Virus record (IMG/VR): IMGVR_UViG_3300009787_000007
Coordinates: 22,346-86,345 of that record
Origin: a virus
Taxonomy: Duplodnaviria > Caudoviricetes
Strand: one strand, 5' to 3'
DNA length: 64,000 nt
In this document: positions 19,780-32,100 of the stretch, piece after piece
Numbering within the stretch: the stretch's first letter is position 1
How the letters are laid out: each line of letters starts with the position of its first letter
The notes under the pieces: generated by a model
The model's input: only the letters and a program-made list of their open reading frames with translations
Told to the model about the DNA's origin: nothing
Databases searched by the model: none
Program-made: the position numbers and the translations under genes

Positions 19780-21417
19780 CTAACCTACATTAGCTTGTAC
19801 TAGAAAGATTCTTTTCTTTAATGTTCCAGAACTATCTTGATTAATTATAACAATAAATATATCTGTCTTTCCATTACCACTTAGTACAGGTATATTACCA
19901 CTTGGAAACATTAAACTGCTATTCCAAGCTATAATTCCTGTCTGTTGTCTTATTTCTAATACACATGAATATGTTTGATTGTCTCCTATCGTACTAGCTA
20001 CTATATTAAATGTAGTAGTTCCACCATCATTAGGTGTATTTATAATGTAATAATCATAATTACTACTAGCATTTAAGTCTATTGAATAGCTAACAGATGT
20101 ACTTATATTTATAGTAGTAGTTTTAATTGTAGGTGTAATTAAAGCTAACACGCTTGTACTTAAATCAGCAGTTGTAATACTTCCTGGTAATATAGAACTA
20201 GTTAAAACTAACCATCTTCCAGTGTTAGGGTTGCTATTAGGAATGATAGTAGTTATACCATCATCTACACCTGTACTAGCAGCTATAAAAGCAAAACATT
20301 GGTTAACAGATTCTACAAATCTAATTTGACCATCTATATAATTAGAACTAGGAATAGCTCTTAGTGAGGATAAATTAGTTACAGGACTAGACCAGTAACT
20401 TAATGAAGTAATTGTACTATAATCATTAATTTTAGGATAAGTAGTTATAAATAAACCATCTGGAATAGTAGTAATAAAGTCTAATATAGGATAGACAACT
20501 AAAACTAAAGCATTATAAGCAGGTAATGGAGTGCTTAATGTAATACTATTAGCTGGATAAGCTATTAAAGTATTTACATAAGTAATACCTGTTGTAGATA
20601 AAGTATTAGCGTTATAGTCAAAATAACCTAGAACTTCTATATTAAATGAATAAGTTAAGGAAGCATCTGAACAGTAATCATTTAGTGCTATTTCACCATT
20701 ACTATATGCTACTGCTGAATCATTATATATATAATACATAATAGGTACAGAGTTATTTAGTACAGTATTTAATGAAGCACTAATTAGTTCTGTACTATTA
20801 ACTTCATATAATTCCTTTCTATAATTAACATTTAATTCAGCTAATGTATTAGATATAACTAATGACCATATACCATTTACACTACTAAAGGAATTAAAAT
20901 TATCTGCTATATAACTATTTGTAGTACCATTATTATTACTTAAATATTCATAAACATTATTATTTGAAGTAACAGCTATTCTAAATCCGTTAGGTAATGA
21001 AGTTGTATCAGGAAATGAAGAAGTATTAGCTATAGTAGTTGTACCATTGATTACATAATCATCATTAATAACTATATTTTCTAACGTAATAGCAGTTATA
21101 CCATCTGCTTGATATAATTCTTGTTCATATATTACTCTAGCTGAACTATAAGTATTAGTAGTTGAAACTAGTATAGCTATACTTCTCCAATCTTCATAAG
21201 CATAGGTAGAAAATGAAGTTGAACTAATAGTTATTGATTTATTATTAGCTATTACTAAAGATGTACTAGTTGAAGGATTATTATACCCTACTCTATTTCT
21301 AGCTATAGTCCAGAAGTAATAAGTAATATTATTACCTTGAATTAGACCTGTATTATTAGCTGTAATACTAGGTGCTGGTAAACTACTTCTACCATTTCCA
21401 TATTGTGTTCTTAACAT
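19780..21417 (-). CDS. Tail fibre/spike-associated protein
   Basis: GQIRFV...F......DDGITTIIP....GRW motif, and a C-terminal LEIRQ.TG.IAW...FP.G..P.LSGNGKTD domain shared with the ORF at 57684. Confidence 0.6.
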   Translation of the reverse strand: MLRTQYGNGRSSLPAPSITANNTGLIQGNNITYYFWTIARNRVGYNNPSTSTSLVIANNKSITISSTSFSTYAYEDWRSIAILVSTTNTYSSARVIYEQELYQADGITAITLENIVINDDYVINGTTTIANTSSFPDTTSLPNGFRIAVTSNNNVYEYLSNNNGTTNSYIADNFNSFSSVNGIWSLVISNTLAELNVNYRKELYEVNSTELISASLNTVLNNSVPIMYYIYNDSAVAYSNGEIALNDYCSDASLTYSFNIEVLGYFDYNANTLSTTGITYVNTLIAYPANSITLSTPLPAYNALVLVVYPILDFITTIPDGLFITTYPKINDYSTITSLSYWSSPVTNLSSLRAIPSSNYIDGQIRFVESVNQCFAFIAASTGVDDGITTIIPNSNPNTGRWLVLTSSILPGSITTADLSTSVLALITPTIKTTTINISTSVSYSIDLNASSNYDYYIINTPNDGGTTTFNIVASTIGDNQTYSCVLEIRQQTGIIAWNSSLMFPSGNIPVLSGNGKTDIFIVIINQDSSGTLKKRIFLVQANVG

Positions 21418-21429
21418 ATTTTATATTAC

Positions 21430-21624
21430 CTATCTACTTTGTATAGTTTTAATTGTTTGATATTTAGTAATAGGGATTATATAACTATTACCAACGTGAT
21501 CTACTTTTAATCTATCACCTTGATTAGTTATATTAGGTCTAATAGCTATAAAAGCATTGGTAAAATTAGCAATAGTTTGACTATCTATATTAGGATCTGT
21601 TTGTTGATTAAAATTAAATCTCAT
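21430..21624 (-). CDS. Small hypothetical protein in the tail operon
   Basis: 64 aa, tightly packed between co-oriented genes. Confidence 0.55.
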   Translation of the reverse strand: MRFNFNQQTDPNIDSQTIANFTNAFIAIRPNITNQGDRLKVDHVGNSYIIPITKYQTIKTIQSR

Positions 21625-21638
21625 GTTAATATATCATA

Positions 21639-24290
21639 TTACTGATTAGGTGATAAATCTAACCATCTACTAAAATTAGTTGGTATAGAGGTTATAGGTG
21701 TTCCAAAGTTACTAGGTAAGTTAGGATTAATTAATACTTTTACTGATGAAGTATTACTATTTACATTAGCTAATTGTACAGTATTTGTACTTATTCCTAA
21801 ACTAGTAATATAATTACCTGCTTCTATATTTATTGGTTGTAGAAAAGAATTACCTTTAGAATATTGTACACTAATTACACTTCTTTTCACTATCCAGTTA
21901 CCTGTAATTCCTGGTACTTGTATATAAGCATTTGTAGTTATATTACTTATACCTTTATTGAAATTTAACTGGCATGAGATAGTAGAACCATTATTAATGT
22001 TATCCATTATTAGTTTAAATTTTGCACCATTTAAAGCTTCTTGTAAATTCTCACATGCTGATATATTTACACTAGCTATATATTGTCTAGCACTATTCTG
22101 TATTGTACTAGTAATATATGTAACACTATTTAAATAACTATTATTTATACTAGTTTTAGATTCTTGATACATAGGTTTAACTATAGTAGCTCTAGGTGGT
22201 CTACCATCACTTAAGTTAAATGAAGTGTGTGTAACTCTACTTTTATAGCTATTATCTTGTGCTACTCTAATACTAGTTAATGTAGTATACTGATCATCTT
22301 TATCTAATATCTGATCTGGAAAACTAGTATTAATATTACTTGTACTAATACTAGGTAAACTATTACTTTCAATACCATAATCACTTACTTTCATATAAGT
22401 ATGTACATTATTATAATATGTACCAGTATCACTTAAACCAGCATTAATATTATTTAATATATCACTGATGCTTGAATACTCACTATATATGAGAGGTAAT
22501 TGAGGTCTAGTATTTTTAGATGGAAGTATACCATATTTAGTAAATTCATATTCTTCTGAACCAGAAGTAATTACAATAGGATTAGTACCGTAGTAATTTC
22601 TAGAGAAAGGACTATAATTAGGATTACCTGATAAACCAATAGAAGTTTTTAGTCTACTTTTAGCTGTAATCATTAAATTAGGTTCCCAATTAGGATCTGG
22701 AAATAATACTGGAATTGGTGTAGTATCTGTTTCAGATTGATTTACTTGATTAGCTGGAATATATTGTACAGTCCAATCTACATTATCTGTATCAGTATAG
22801 TATTTACTATAAGGTTCTACTACATAATCTACTCTTTCAAATATAGGTATCTTTCTATATAAATATTGTTCTAAATTAACTTTTGCACTATATAACATCC
22901 AATTATACTGCTGCTGAGTTAGTGAATTAGCACCACTAGTAAGTACACTTTTAGAATTAACTATAGTATTTAAATTTAACCACGCTGATATACTACCTTT
23001 AGTCCATTTAGTAGCATCTTCAGTAGCAAATCTTTTTAATTCCCATCCTGTAGTCTGTTCTGCTACTAATACTTGCATATTAGAATATAAATACTGTTGA
23101 TAATTACTAGGAATTGTTACAGGTGTTAATGTACCATCACTATTCTGTAACATAGGATTAATTTGAGGATTAAAACTTTGATATATATATGTAGTAGCTT
23201 TAATACTTATTAATCTCCATACCATAGCATTACTAAACGCTGCACTATCTGGATAACCTAACTTATTAGCTTGTATACTAGTTAGTACTTCTTGAAAAGC
23301 ATTACCACTATTTATTACATCAGATGTAATTTGACTAATTATCGCATCAGTTTCAGTATTTGCATATGTAGGATCAGCTACTAATTCTAAAGCTGAATGA
23401 GCATAACCCCAAGTAGCACTAATTTCAGTAGCAGGTTGACTAAATTTATATGAAGTAATCTTACATGATTTAGTTTCACCTGAACTATCAAACATTATAG
23501 ATAAGTCTCTAGGATATATACTATTGTTCATAGTTTCTGGTGGTGCTAAATGAGGATTATAATCACCTTCATATGTTACATAGTCACTAGGTTTAATCTG
23601 AATATAAATTTTAGCGTTAACTCCTGTATCATAGTTATCTTTCTGTGACCATGTTAATAATGTATTTTTATATGTAGGAACACTATTAACTCCTAAAGTT
23701 ACATTAGAAACTATTCCTGAGTTAATTCTTCCACTAGAACCTAATGAAGTGAATGATAGATTATCATTATTAAATTTATAAACTAAACCTAATATATTTA
23801 ACTTATCATCTATTAATTGCTTTAATGTAATAGTATCACTAACACTAGGATTATTTGATATCTCAACTAAAAATGCAGGTGGTGAAATTGTACCAGCATT
23901 AATTACTTTACCTAAAGCATAATTAACTAATAATCCTATAGAAAAATAATAACTTGAATTAGTTTTTATACTGTATTGATTCTTATATGCAGTTAGAAAA
24001 TCTTTAGTTACTATTGGATATTCATATAATCTTTTACTTATATGAGTATAAGTATATGTAATCTGTTTTTGATTAGCTGAAGTAATATTATTTTGTATAC
24101 ATACATCAGCAGTAAAATTTTCTAACGTAAAAGTCAGTCCATTGAATATAAAATTACTTCCTATTGACCTAGTTACTAGATCAGGTATATATTCAACTAA
24201 AGTTAATCTAGGATAATCATTTAAACTAGATTCACATTGTATACTACCATTCTGTATTAAAGATTGTACTAGATTTAAATTAGTTGACAT
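21639..24290 (-). CDS. Probable tail tip/hub (Tal-like) protein
   Basis: 883 aa, downstream of the tape measure and small Dit-like genes. Function assigned by synteny only. Confidence 0.45.
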   Translation of the reverse strand: MSTNLNLVQSLIQNGSIQCESSLNDYPRLTLVEYIPDLVTRSIGSNFIFNGLTFTLENFTADVCIQNNITSANQKQITYTYTHISKRLYEYPIVTKDFLTAYKNQYSIKTNSSYYFSIGLLVNYALGKVINAGTISPPAFLVEISNNPSVSDTITLKQLIDDKLNILGLVYKFNNDNLSFTSLGSSGRINSGIVSNVTLGVNSVPTYKNTLLTWSQKDNYDTGVNAKIYIQIKPSDYVTYEGDYNPHLAPPETMNNSIYPRDLSIMFDSSGETKSCKITSYKFSQPATEISATWGYAHSALELVADPTYANTETDAIISQITSDVINSGNAFQEVLTSIQANKLGYPDSAAFSNAMVWRLISIKATTYIYQSFNPQINPMLQNSDGTLTPVTIPSNYQQYLYSNMQVLVAEQTTGWELKRFATEDATKWTKGSISAWLNLNTIVNSKSVLTSGANSLTQQQYNWMLYSAKVNLEQYLYRKIPIFERVDYVVEPYSKYYTDTDNVDWTVQYIPANQVNQSETDTTPIPVLFPDPNWEPNLMITAKSRLKTSIGLSGNPNYSPFSRNYYGTNPIVITSGSEEYEFTKYGILPSKNTRPQLPLIYSEYSSISDILNNINAGLSDTGTYYNNVHTYMKVSDYGIESNSLPSISTSNINTSFPDQILDKDDQYTTLTSIRVAQDNSYKSRVTHTSFNLSDGRPPRATIVKPMYQESKTSINNSYLNSVTYITSTIQNSARQYIASVNISACENLQEALNGAKFKLIMDNINNGSTISCQLNFNKGISNITTNAYIQVPGITGNWIVKRSVISVQYSKGNSFLQPINIEAGNYITSLGISTNTVQLANVNSNTSSVKVLINPNLPSNFGTPITSIPTNFSRWLDLSPNQ

Positions 24291-24347
24291 ATACTATATA
24301 CACTATACACATTACATACACTACTTTTTATATACTTTATAACTTAT

Positions 24348-25187
24348 CTACAACTTATCTATCAATATAAAGTAATTAGGATTAGATAGAAAACTATGTA
24401 CTTGACTATCATCTACGTTATTATTAATATAATCAAATAGATTATCTATGTTATATAGATTAAAATATTTATTATTTCTATATATTAAATAATCTAATTC
24501 TATATATGGAATAGTATTAACTAAACTAACTGAACTAAAGCTAAATAATCTAGCATTGAATTTATTAATTGTAGCTGTATTAAATCCTATATTTTGATTT
24601 ATATAACTAAGATTAATGCTGAATAAATATGTAATATTTACTATGTTATTTACATTAAATGCTTTGTTAGTTAGAAAATTAGATGTAATAGCTAAAGGTA
24701 TAGATGAATAATTATCTTGATATGAAATATTAGTTATATTACTATGATTACTTATAAAACAATCAATGTTAGCATATTGATTTATATTACTTATACTATA
24801 TGTAACTTCAATATTAATATTACCTGTATTACTAGAGAATATATATAAATTATTTAAGTTTGAATTAGATTGAGTATTGTAATTAGTGATATAACATTTA
24901 CTAGTATCAACTAATTCAATACTAACTAAGTTGTAATCGGTTGTAATAGATGAGATTATATCATTTATATCAGTATATTCAACACTTACAATTAAATCTC
25001 CATAGAATTGTTTATTAATAGTTAGATTATCTATTGTAATAGCATATAAGTTAGTTACTAATATAGGAGTAATAGTTGATATATCTGTATATATATAATT
25101 AGTTTCATCTATAAATTCTTGTCTAATAGGTGGATTAGCTACTAATATACTATTTACTTTATTTATTTGATTAGTTGTTATCCACAT
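24348..25187 (-). CDS. Hypothetical N/I-rich tail-region protein
   Basis: 279-aa ORF within the operon. Confidence 0.55.
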   Translation of the reverse strand: MWITTNQINKVNSILVANPPIRQEFIDETNYIYTDISTITPILVTNLYAITIDNLTINKQFYGDLIVSVEYTDINDIISSITTDYNLVSIELVDTSKCYITNYNTQSNSNLNNLYIFSSNTGNINIEVTYSISNINQYANIDCFISNHSNITNISYQDNYSSIPLAITSNFLTNKAFNVNNIVNITYLFSINLSYINQNIGFNTATINKFNARLFSFSSVSLVNTIPYIELDYLIYRNNKYFNLYNIDNLFDYINNNVDDSQVHSFLSNPNYFILIDKL

Positions 25188-25215
25188 ATTAGTATTGTTA
25201 TTATTATTATTATTA

Positions 25216-25575
25216 TTAAGCTAATTTAATTCTAGGAGTATTTAAATCTGTACCTGTACAAGACCATGTATCATAAACAGCAGTTCCAGCTATAAAGAAT
25301 TTTCTACCTTCAATTGTATCTAATAATGTCCATGTTCTACCTCTAAAGTTAAAATTAACTGAACCTATATTAGATGCTAAAGGTTTACTAAAAGGTTCTG
25401 ATTGTATTCCTCTTAAAGTAATAGTTACAGTATCAAAACAATAATTACCTTCAAATAAAGTGTTACTTGAAGCTATATAAGTTTTAATTCCACTAGCACT
25501 AATACTAGAAAAAGCTACACCATCAGGAGGTATAGGATAATTATAAAATATCTCTGATGTGTAGATACTAGACAT
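25216..25575 (-). CDS. Small tail protein (possible distal tail component)
   Basis: 119 aa, second gene after the tape measure; loosely resembles the adjacent 133-aa ORF (F..P..PD.I...S..). Confidence 0.45.
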   Translation of the reverse strand: MSSIYTSEIFYNYPIPPDGVAFSSISASGIKTYIASSNTLFEGNYCFDTVTITLRGIQSEPFSKPLASNIGSVNFNFRGRTWTLLDTIEGRKFFIAGTAVYDTWSCTGTDLNTPRIKLA

Positions 25576-25633
25576 ATATTTAAACTGATATTGCTATTAC
25601 TGATATACTACTAATATTATTATTTTCTATCTA

Positions 25634-26035
25634 TTAAATAGATGTTACAGTAATATTTGTTAAACAAGTTACTTGGAATGAAGTATAATTATTTGATGAA
25701 CTTCCTACTTGTAAAGTACCACCATCTTGATATGAGAATGGTAAACAAGTACCATTTCTATATAAGAACAGTCCTGCACCTGTAGGATTAGTTAAATCGA
25801 TTTGTCCTAAAGCTAAACTTTCTGCATTAGTATTACAAGTATCAATAATTGTATTAGCTAATGTATCTGGAATACCTTTTAAATCAAAAGTATATGTTTT
25901 TAAGTTTAGATTAATAGTGATAATGAAATCACCTGTAATCGCTGGATATGATACTAATGATGCTGTACCTGTTGAAATAGAATCTGGTGAAACTGGAACA
26001 CCAAATACTTTCTGGAAATTAATTTGTAAAGCCAT
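25634..26035 (-). CDS. Small tail protein (possible distal tail component)
   Basis: 133 aa, immediately downstream of the tape measure. Confidence 0.45.
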   Translation of the reverse strand: MALQINFQKVFGVPVSPDSISTGTASLVSYPAITGDFIITINLNLKTYTFDLKGIPDTLANTIIDTCNTNAESLALGQIDLTNPTGAGLFLYRNGTCLPFSYQDGGTLQVGSSSNNYTSFQVTCLTNITVTSI

Positions 26036-26152
26036 ATTTTTAATTTATTCTCTTATTTACTATTTTTAATTTTATATTTGATTAATAACTACATTTAATT
26101 TAATTAATATCTATAACTAATATAGATATTTATATAATAACATTTACAGAAT

Positions 26153-29100
26153 CTATTTACTTACAGCAGCTAACAAAGCTTGAGATAGTTTATCTAAGCT
26201 AGTATTTACTTGTTTACCTACGAATACTTTTAAATCATTCTGAAAATTCTCATCACTAGCAGCACTACTTGTCCCATTAACAGGAATAGTTATACTAATA
26301 GGTGCTTGTACACTAACTGTTCCATTAGCATTACCATTAGCGTTAAAACTACTAGCTAATTTATTTAATGAATTAGCATCACTAGGATTAACTAAATGAA
26401 TTTGATTCTTTAATTTATCTAATCCTGCTTTATATTCAGGATCAGATAAGCTAGGTGACTTATAATCGTTATAATTAAAATCCTCTAAAGCTTTTTTAGT
26501 TCCATTTACATTATCTTTAATTAAGTCAAAGTTAGCTGGTAATAGATTACTACCTAAGATATTATTCTTTTTAGCCAAAGCATCTCTATCTAAGTTAGTA
26601 TTTTTAGTATCTAATTCAGTAGGAACATAATTTAACTTCTGATCTATCAAATCGCTTTTAGCAGCATTTAGTCCTCTACTTTGTTGTATTTTCTGAGTTA
26701 TATTAGCTATCGATTGTTGAACTAAATCACTAGAACTAAAATTAGTTTTTTCACCTTTTAAAGTACCTAAAACATCACCTAGTAAAGCTGTTTGAGTTAA
26801 AGCATTTTCATAACCTTGTTCTTCTAAACTAAGTTGAGCCTTTTGTAAAGTTAAATCTAATATTTCTTTTTGAGCATCTGTAGTATTTTTAGCTTTAGCT
26901 AATTTAGTATCTTCATCTACTCCTTTTACATCTAATCTTTGTTGAAGTATATCAGTAATAGGACTGTTCTTACCTAAGAAACTAAAGAAAGATGATTGAA
27001 GATTAGCACCTGATTTATTACTAGCACTAGCTAAATCTCTCTGTCTTTGTTGAAAATCAATACTATCTTTAGTAATACTTGACTCTTTAGTTAATATATC
27101 TATCTGTTCAGCTATAGTTGTACTTGATTCACTTAACTTAGCTGAGAATATAGATAATTTATCATTAGCATCTTGTAAGCTATTTCTTTGATTAACTAAA
27201 TCTTTAGTTATTCCTATTTCCTTTACAGTATCATTTCTAGTAGTAGTTAATTGTTTAATTTTATTAGGATCAACTCCAGTTTGTTTAGATACTTCTATTA
27301 ATTGATCTAAGCCTTTTAATCTCTCATCTAATAAGTCAAACTGTTTATCTTTACTAATTCCTCTGGTTTCTATATCTGCACTAGCTTTAGCACTTACAGC
27401 TTGTGTATTTAGTTTAGCTGCATATGAACTATTAGGAGATATACTATTTAATACTGAACCTAATCCTGAACTAAATGAACCATAAGCATTAGCTACTTCA
27501 GATGAATTGTTAGAGAAAGCTTCTCTTTGAGCATATTTACTCTTTATACTTAATGTATCTTCTTGTAATTGAGTATATACTTTACCTATTGCAGTATTCT
27601 GATTAATACTATTTAAATCACTAGCTGCTTCACTTTTACCTAAATCTCTCTGTTTAATAGCTGTATTTCTACTATCACTAATTTTAGCTATAGTTTCTTT
27701 ACTAGCTCCTGAATTAACTGCATCAGCTAGTAGTTTATCTAATCCTGTAACAGCTTTCTCTCTTAAATTCTGTGCATTACCTACTTGTTTTCTAGCTTCT
27801 TCTGCATCTTTATTTAACCTTTCATATGGTTTAGCAGCTTGGAAATTAATTAACTCTAATCCTGCTCCTGCTACTGAATTACCAAATATATCTGTTAATC
27901 CTGATATCTTACCTAGTGATTGAGCTAATAATTCTCCCTGTTTAATACTCTTTTCTCTAGCTGCATATTCATTTTCTATAGTTAAAGTTGATACCTTTAT
28001 AGCTCCTTCATAATCAGCATTGAATAACTTTAATTCATTTAAAAACTTACTGTTACTAGCATCCTGTTGTGCTGTAGTTAGTTTACTATTATTACTAGAA
28101 TTAATATTATTACTGTTAATATTGCTAGAATTAGAATTACCTATTATACCTTTAATATTATCTGAGTTATAATTAGCTACATCTCTATTTTGATTAACTT
28201 TATTAAAATTAATATTAGTTTTATTTATTGCATCATCATTATTACGATTAGCTATATTTAATTCTTTATTTCTATTTTGTCCAGCTTTTATATCTGAATC
28301 TAATTTACTTTGATCTCGATCATTAAGTATTTTACCTGCATTATCTACTGAACCTGCTGGTGTATAGAGATTTAATCCTGTAGCTAATTTAGTCAAAGGA
28401 TTATCATAGTTTTCACCTAATCTATTTCTATTAATTAGATTAGTTATTTCTTTACCATTATTTAACTTATTACCTGTAAACAGTAATGATTCAGTATCTT
28501 TATCTGGTATAGTAGCTTGATTTAGTTTATCTGCTTTATCTTTACCTAGTATTCTTTCTAAATCTTTTTGATTTTGAGGATTAGCTGAATTTCTAGATAT
28601 ATTTATTAAAGCATCAGTAATAGCAGCTTTATCATCTGCACCTTTCTGATTATCATCAAATGTATAAGCATTATCACTAGAAATCTTCTTTTTACTTAAA
28701 TATTCTTGATTAATACTATCTATTTTTTTCTTAGTATTATCTTGAATAGATTTAATATTAGATTGTTGTTTATCAGATAAGTTAGTATCACCTAAATTAG
28801 ATACTGTATTAGCATTATTTTTATCTCTAGTAACTTTATCTTGTAAAGATGTTATGATAGCTTGTTTTTTAATTTCATCTTCTCTAGAGCTAATTTCTAA
28901 ACCTTCTTTTTTAACAGCTACTTCTTTAATAGCTGCATCTAATTTAGCTTGAGATAGAGACATAGAGAATAAATCAAACTTATTTTCTTGACTATATAAA
29001 CCTAATTTAATTTGTTCTAAATTAAGTAATTCTTGTGCTACAGATAATGTTTGTTTTCTACCATCAAGTTCTGCTCTTATTTGAGCATCTGCATTTAAAC

Positions 29101-32100
29101 TTAATCTTTTAGCTTCTAGTTCTTCTATTTGAGCTAATATTTCAGCTTGTCTAGCTAATGATGTAGCAGGATCAGCTAATTCTTTACTTAGATTAGTTGC
29201 TAGTTCATTTATATAAGTTAAATTAGATTGATATTTATCTAAAGCTATAGCAGTAGAATTACTACCTAAGTTACTAGCTGAATCTAATACAGCAGTTTTA
29301 CTAGTCAAAGTATTTTGAGCATTTTTACTTATACCTTGAGTAATAGCAGCATTAGTAGTTGAAGCACCTTGTAATAGTTCAGGATTAGCTTTATATAATT
29401 TAGTTAAATTATCTTTACCTAGAGAGTTTTCTAATTGTTCTTTTAACTTAACTGCTGATTGAGGATCTAACTCTGCTTCTGCTTGAATACCTTTAAAAGT
29501 AGTGTCTAATTTATTCTTTAGATTATTAAAAGCTTCTGGTTTATCTAATACTCCATTAATTCCATCTTTAAATAAATCTGTAACATCTTTAATTTGAGCC
29601 TTAACAGCTTCTTCTCTATCAGTAGATAATTGAATATTTAAAGGTATAGTAATATCTAAACTTTGTAATCTTCTAACTGCATCTTTTAATTCTAATTGTT
29701 TAGTTTGTAATCCTAGTTGTTTCTTCTGTTCCTCACTAGTCTTTTCTAATGTAGTTAAATCAGTCTTTAATTGATTACCTTCTTCTTTATTACCATCACC
29801 TTTAGAATCGAAAGCAGCTATTTTCTGTCTTTGTAAAGCTATTCTTGCATCTATTTCTTCTATTCTATGTCTTTGTTCTGCTTCTAATGCACTCTTATCT
29901 TCTGAACTTAAATCTAATCCATTATTTAATTTATCTTCTGCTATCTTTCCTGCATCAGTCTTAGCACCGAATACTCCTTTCTTAGAATTACTTAAATTCT
30001 CATCTATATCACTAGTTAGTTTACCTTGAGCATCATTTATTGTATCTTTAATTACTCCATATACTTTAGTCTGTCCTGTTACACTTTTCCAAGCACCACC
30101 TAAAGCATTTACTATATCAATACTTTGATCTAAAGCTTCATTTACTCCTGTTACTTTACCAGCTAATGGATCTAAATCATCTACTATATCTGATATACCT
30201 TTAACATCTTTGAAGTCATTCAATGTATCTCTCATTGTCTGTAGTTCAGGTATTGTAGAATGATCTAATAACTGAGTTAATGAACTAAATACAGTAGTTA
30301 CATAACTTATAGCTCCTCCTACTATACCTATAATAGCTGCACTTCCAGCAAACATTAGTAACATTTCTTTACCTGTAGCTAATACAGCACTAAAAGCAGT
30401 CTTTAATCCAAAAGCACTGTTTTTAAACATATCAAAACCTCTAGCTGCTGTACTTATACCTTGTCCTAGTTTTTGATTTGCTCCTTCACCTATTACTTTT
30501 TCTATTCCACTTTCTCTACCTTGAAAAAATGTATTAGCTCCAGCTAAATGTTCTGTAAAAGTTTTACCTGTAAACTTAGGTTTAACAGCTTCTTCTTCTA
30601 CAGATTCAGCAGTTGTTATAGCACTATTAGCTTCTAATGCTGATCTTCTTCCACTTCTATCTACATAAGGTGCTTTATAAGCATCTTCTCTACTATAAGT
30701 TAAAGGTGTAGATGATGCTTCACCTTCACTATTACTTCCTACTTGACTTACTTCAGCATTTAATTCTTTTACTTTAGCAGCTATTCTAGCTATAGCTTCA
30801 CTAAATCTATTTTCTATATTATCAGCAGCTAAACTAGCATTTCTTTTAACTGATTCCCATATAGTCTCATTTTCTTTCTTAAATCCAGTTAATAATCCTT
30901 TTTTACCTGTAGTAACACTACCATCATCATTAGTTTTATCTTTAGTACCAAATAGTGAATCCTTTACACCACCTAGTACACTTCCTACACCTTTAAATGC
31001 AGCAAAGAAACCTAATATTCCAGTAGCAGATAATAAAAATCCACCTATAGCTTTAGCTTTAGTTGCAATGCTAGTTAGAAAACCTACTGTTTCACCTGTA
31101 GTAGTAGCTGTTTTATCTGCAAATTCTTCAATTAATTTATTACCTTGAATTAAACCTTGTAAAGCATCAGGTTTAAATCCTTTACCAAAATCTTCTATAC
31201 TAGCTTGAGATTTATTAATACCTTCTTCATATGCACCAACTAATGTTTTAGCTCTATTCTTAGCTTCACTAGATAAATTTTCTGTACTAGCATTTTTAAT
31301 TCTATCTACAAATTGTCCATAATCATCACCTAATGATATTAATAACTTAACAGCATCTTGAGCTTCTTTGGTAGAAAATAACTTTTGTATTACTGATGTA
31401 TCACCACCTGTAGCTGATTTTAAATCATCAATTATACCTTTTAATCCTTTCTCTTTTAAACTAGAAGCATTTAATTGAATAGGTTTACCTGCACTATCTC
31501 TAAAGTTAGCTAAGTATTTATTAGCTTCTTCACTTCCTGATGCTATCTCATTGAATAAAGCATTAATCTTTGTACTAGCTTCACTTGTAGTAACACCTTT
31601 TAATGTTAATCCAGCTAAAGCTGCTGTAACATCTTCAAAGTCTACTCCTAATGACTTAGCTTGTACAGATAAACTACCTATTTCACCTGTTAATTGATCT
31701 AATGTTAATAATCCTACTTTAGTTGTAGTAAATAACTGTGCTGCTCTTTTCTCTGCTTGATCTGAACCTTCATCTAATGATTTTAATACTCTTACAATTG
31801 CATTAGTTGAACCTCCTACATTACCAAATCCGGCTTGAGATAAGTTAATAGATGCTTTACCTACATTATTAGTATCTTTCTGTTTAGTAAAACCTGCTGA
31901 TGCTATATCATATTGAGTATTTAATAATGCTACTGAACCTACTGCAAAGTTAGTTTGTTTTTGTAACTCTCTCATTGATTCAATAGTTTTATCTATAGAA
32001 TCTATACTCTGTTCATTACCTTGTACTGTAACTGTACTTAATCTATATGCAGCTTGTTCTACTTTTGCAAAAGCATTTATAGCTTTACCCGACCATTCAA

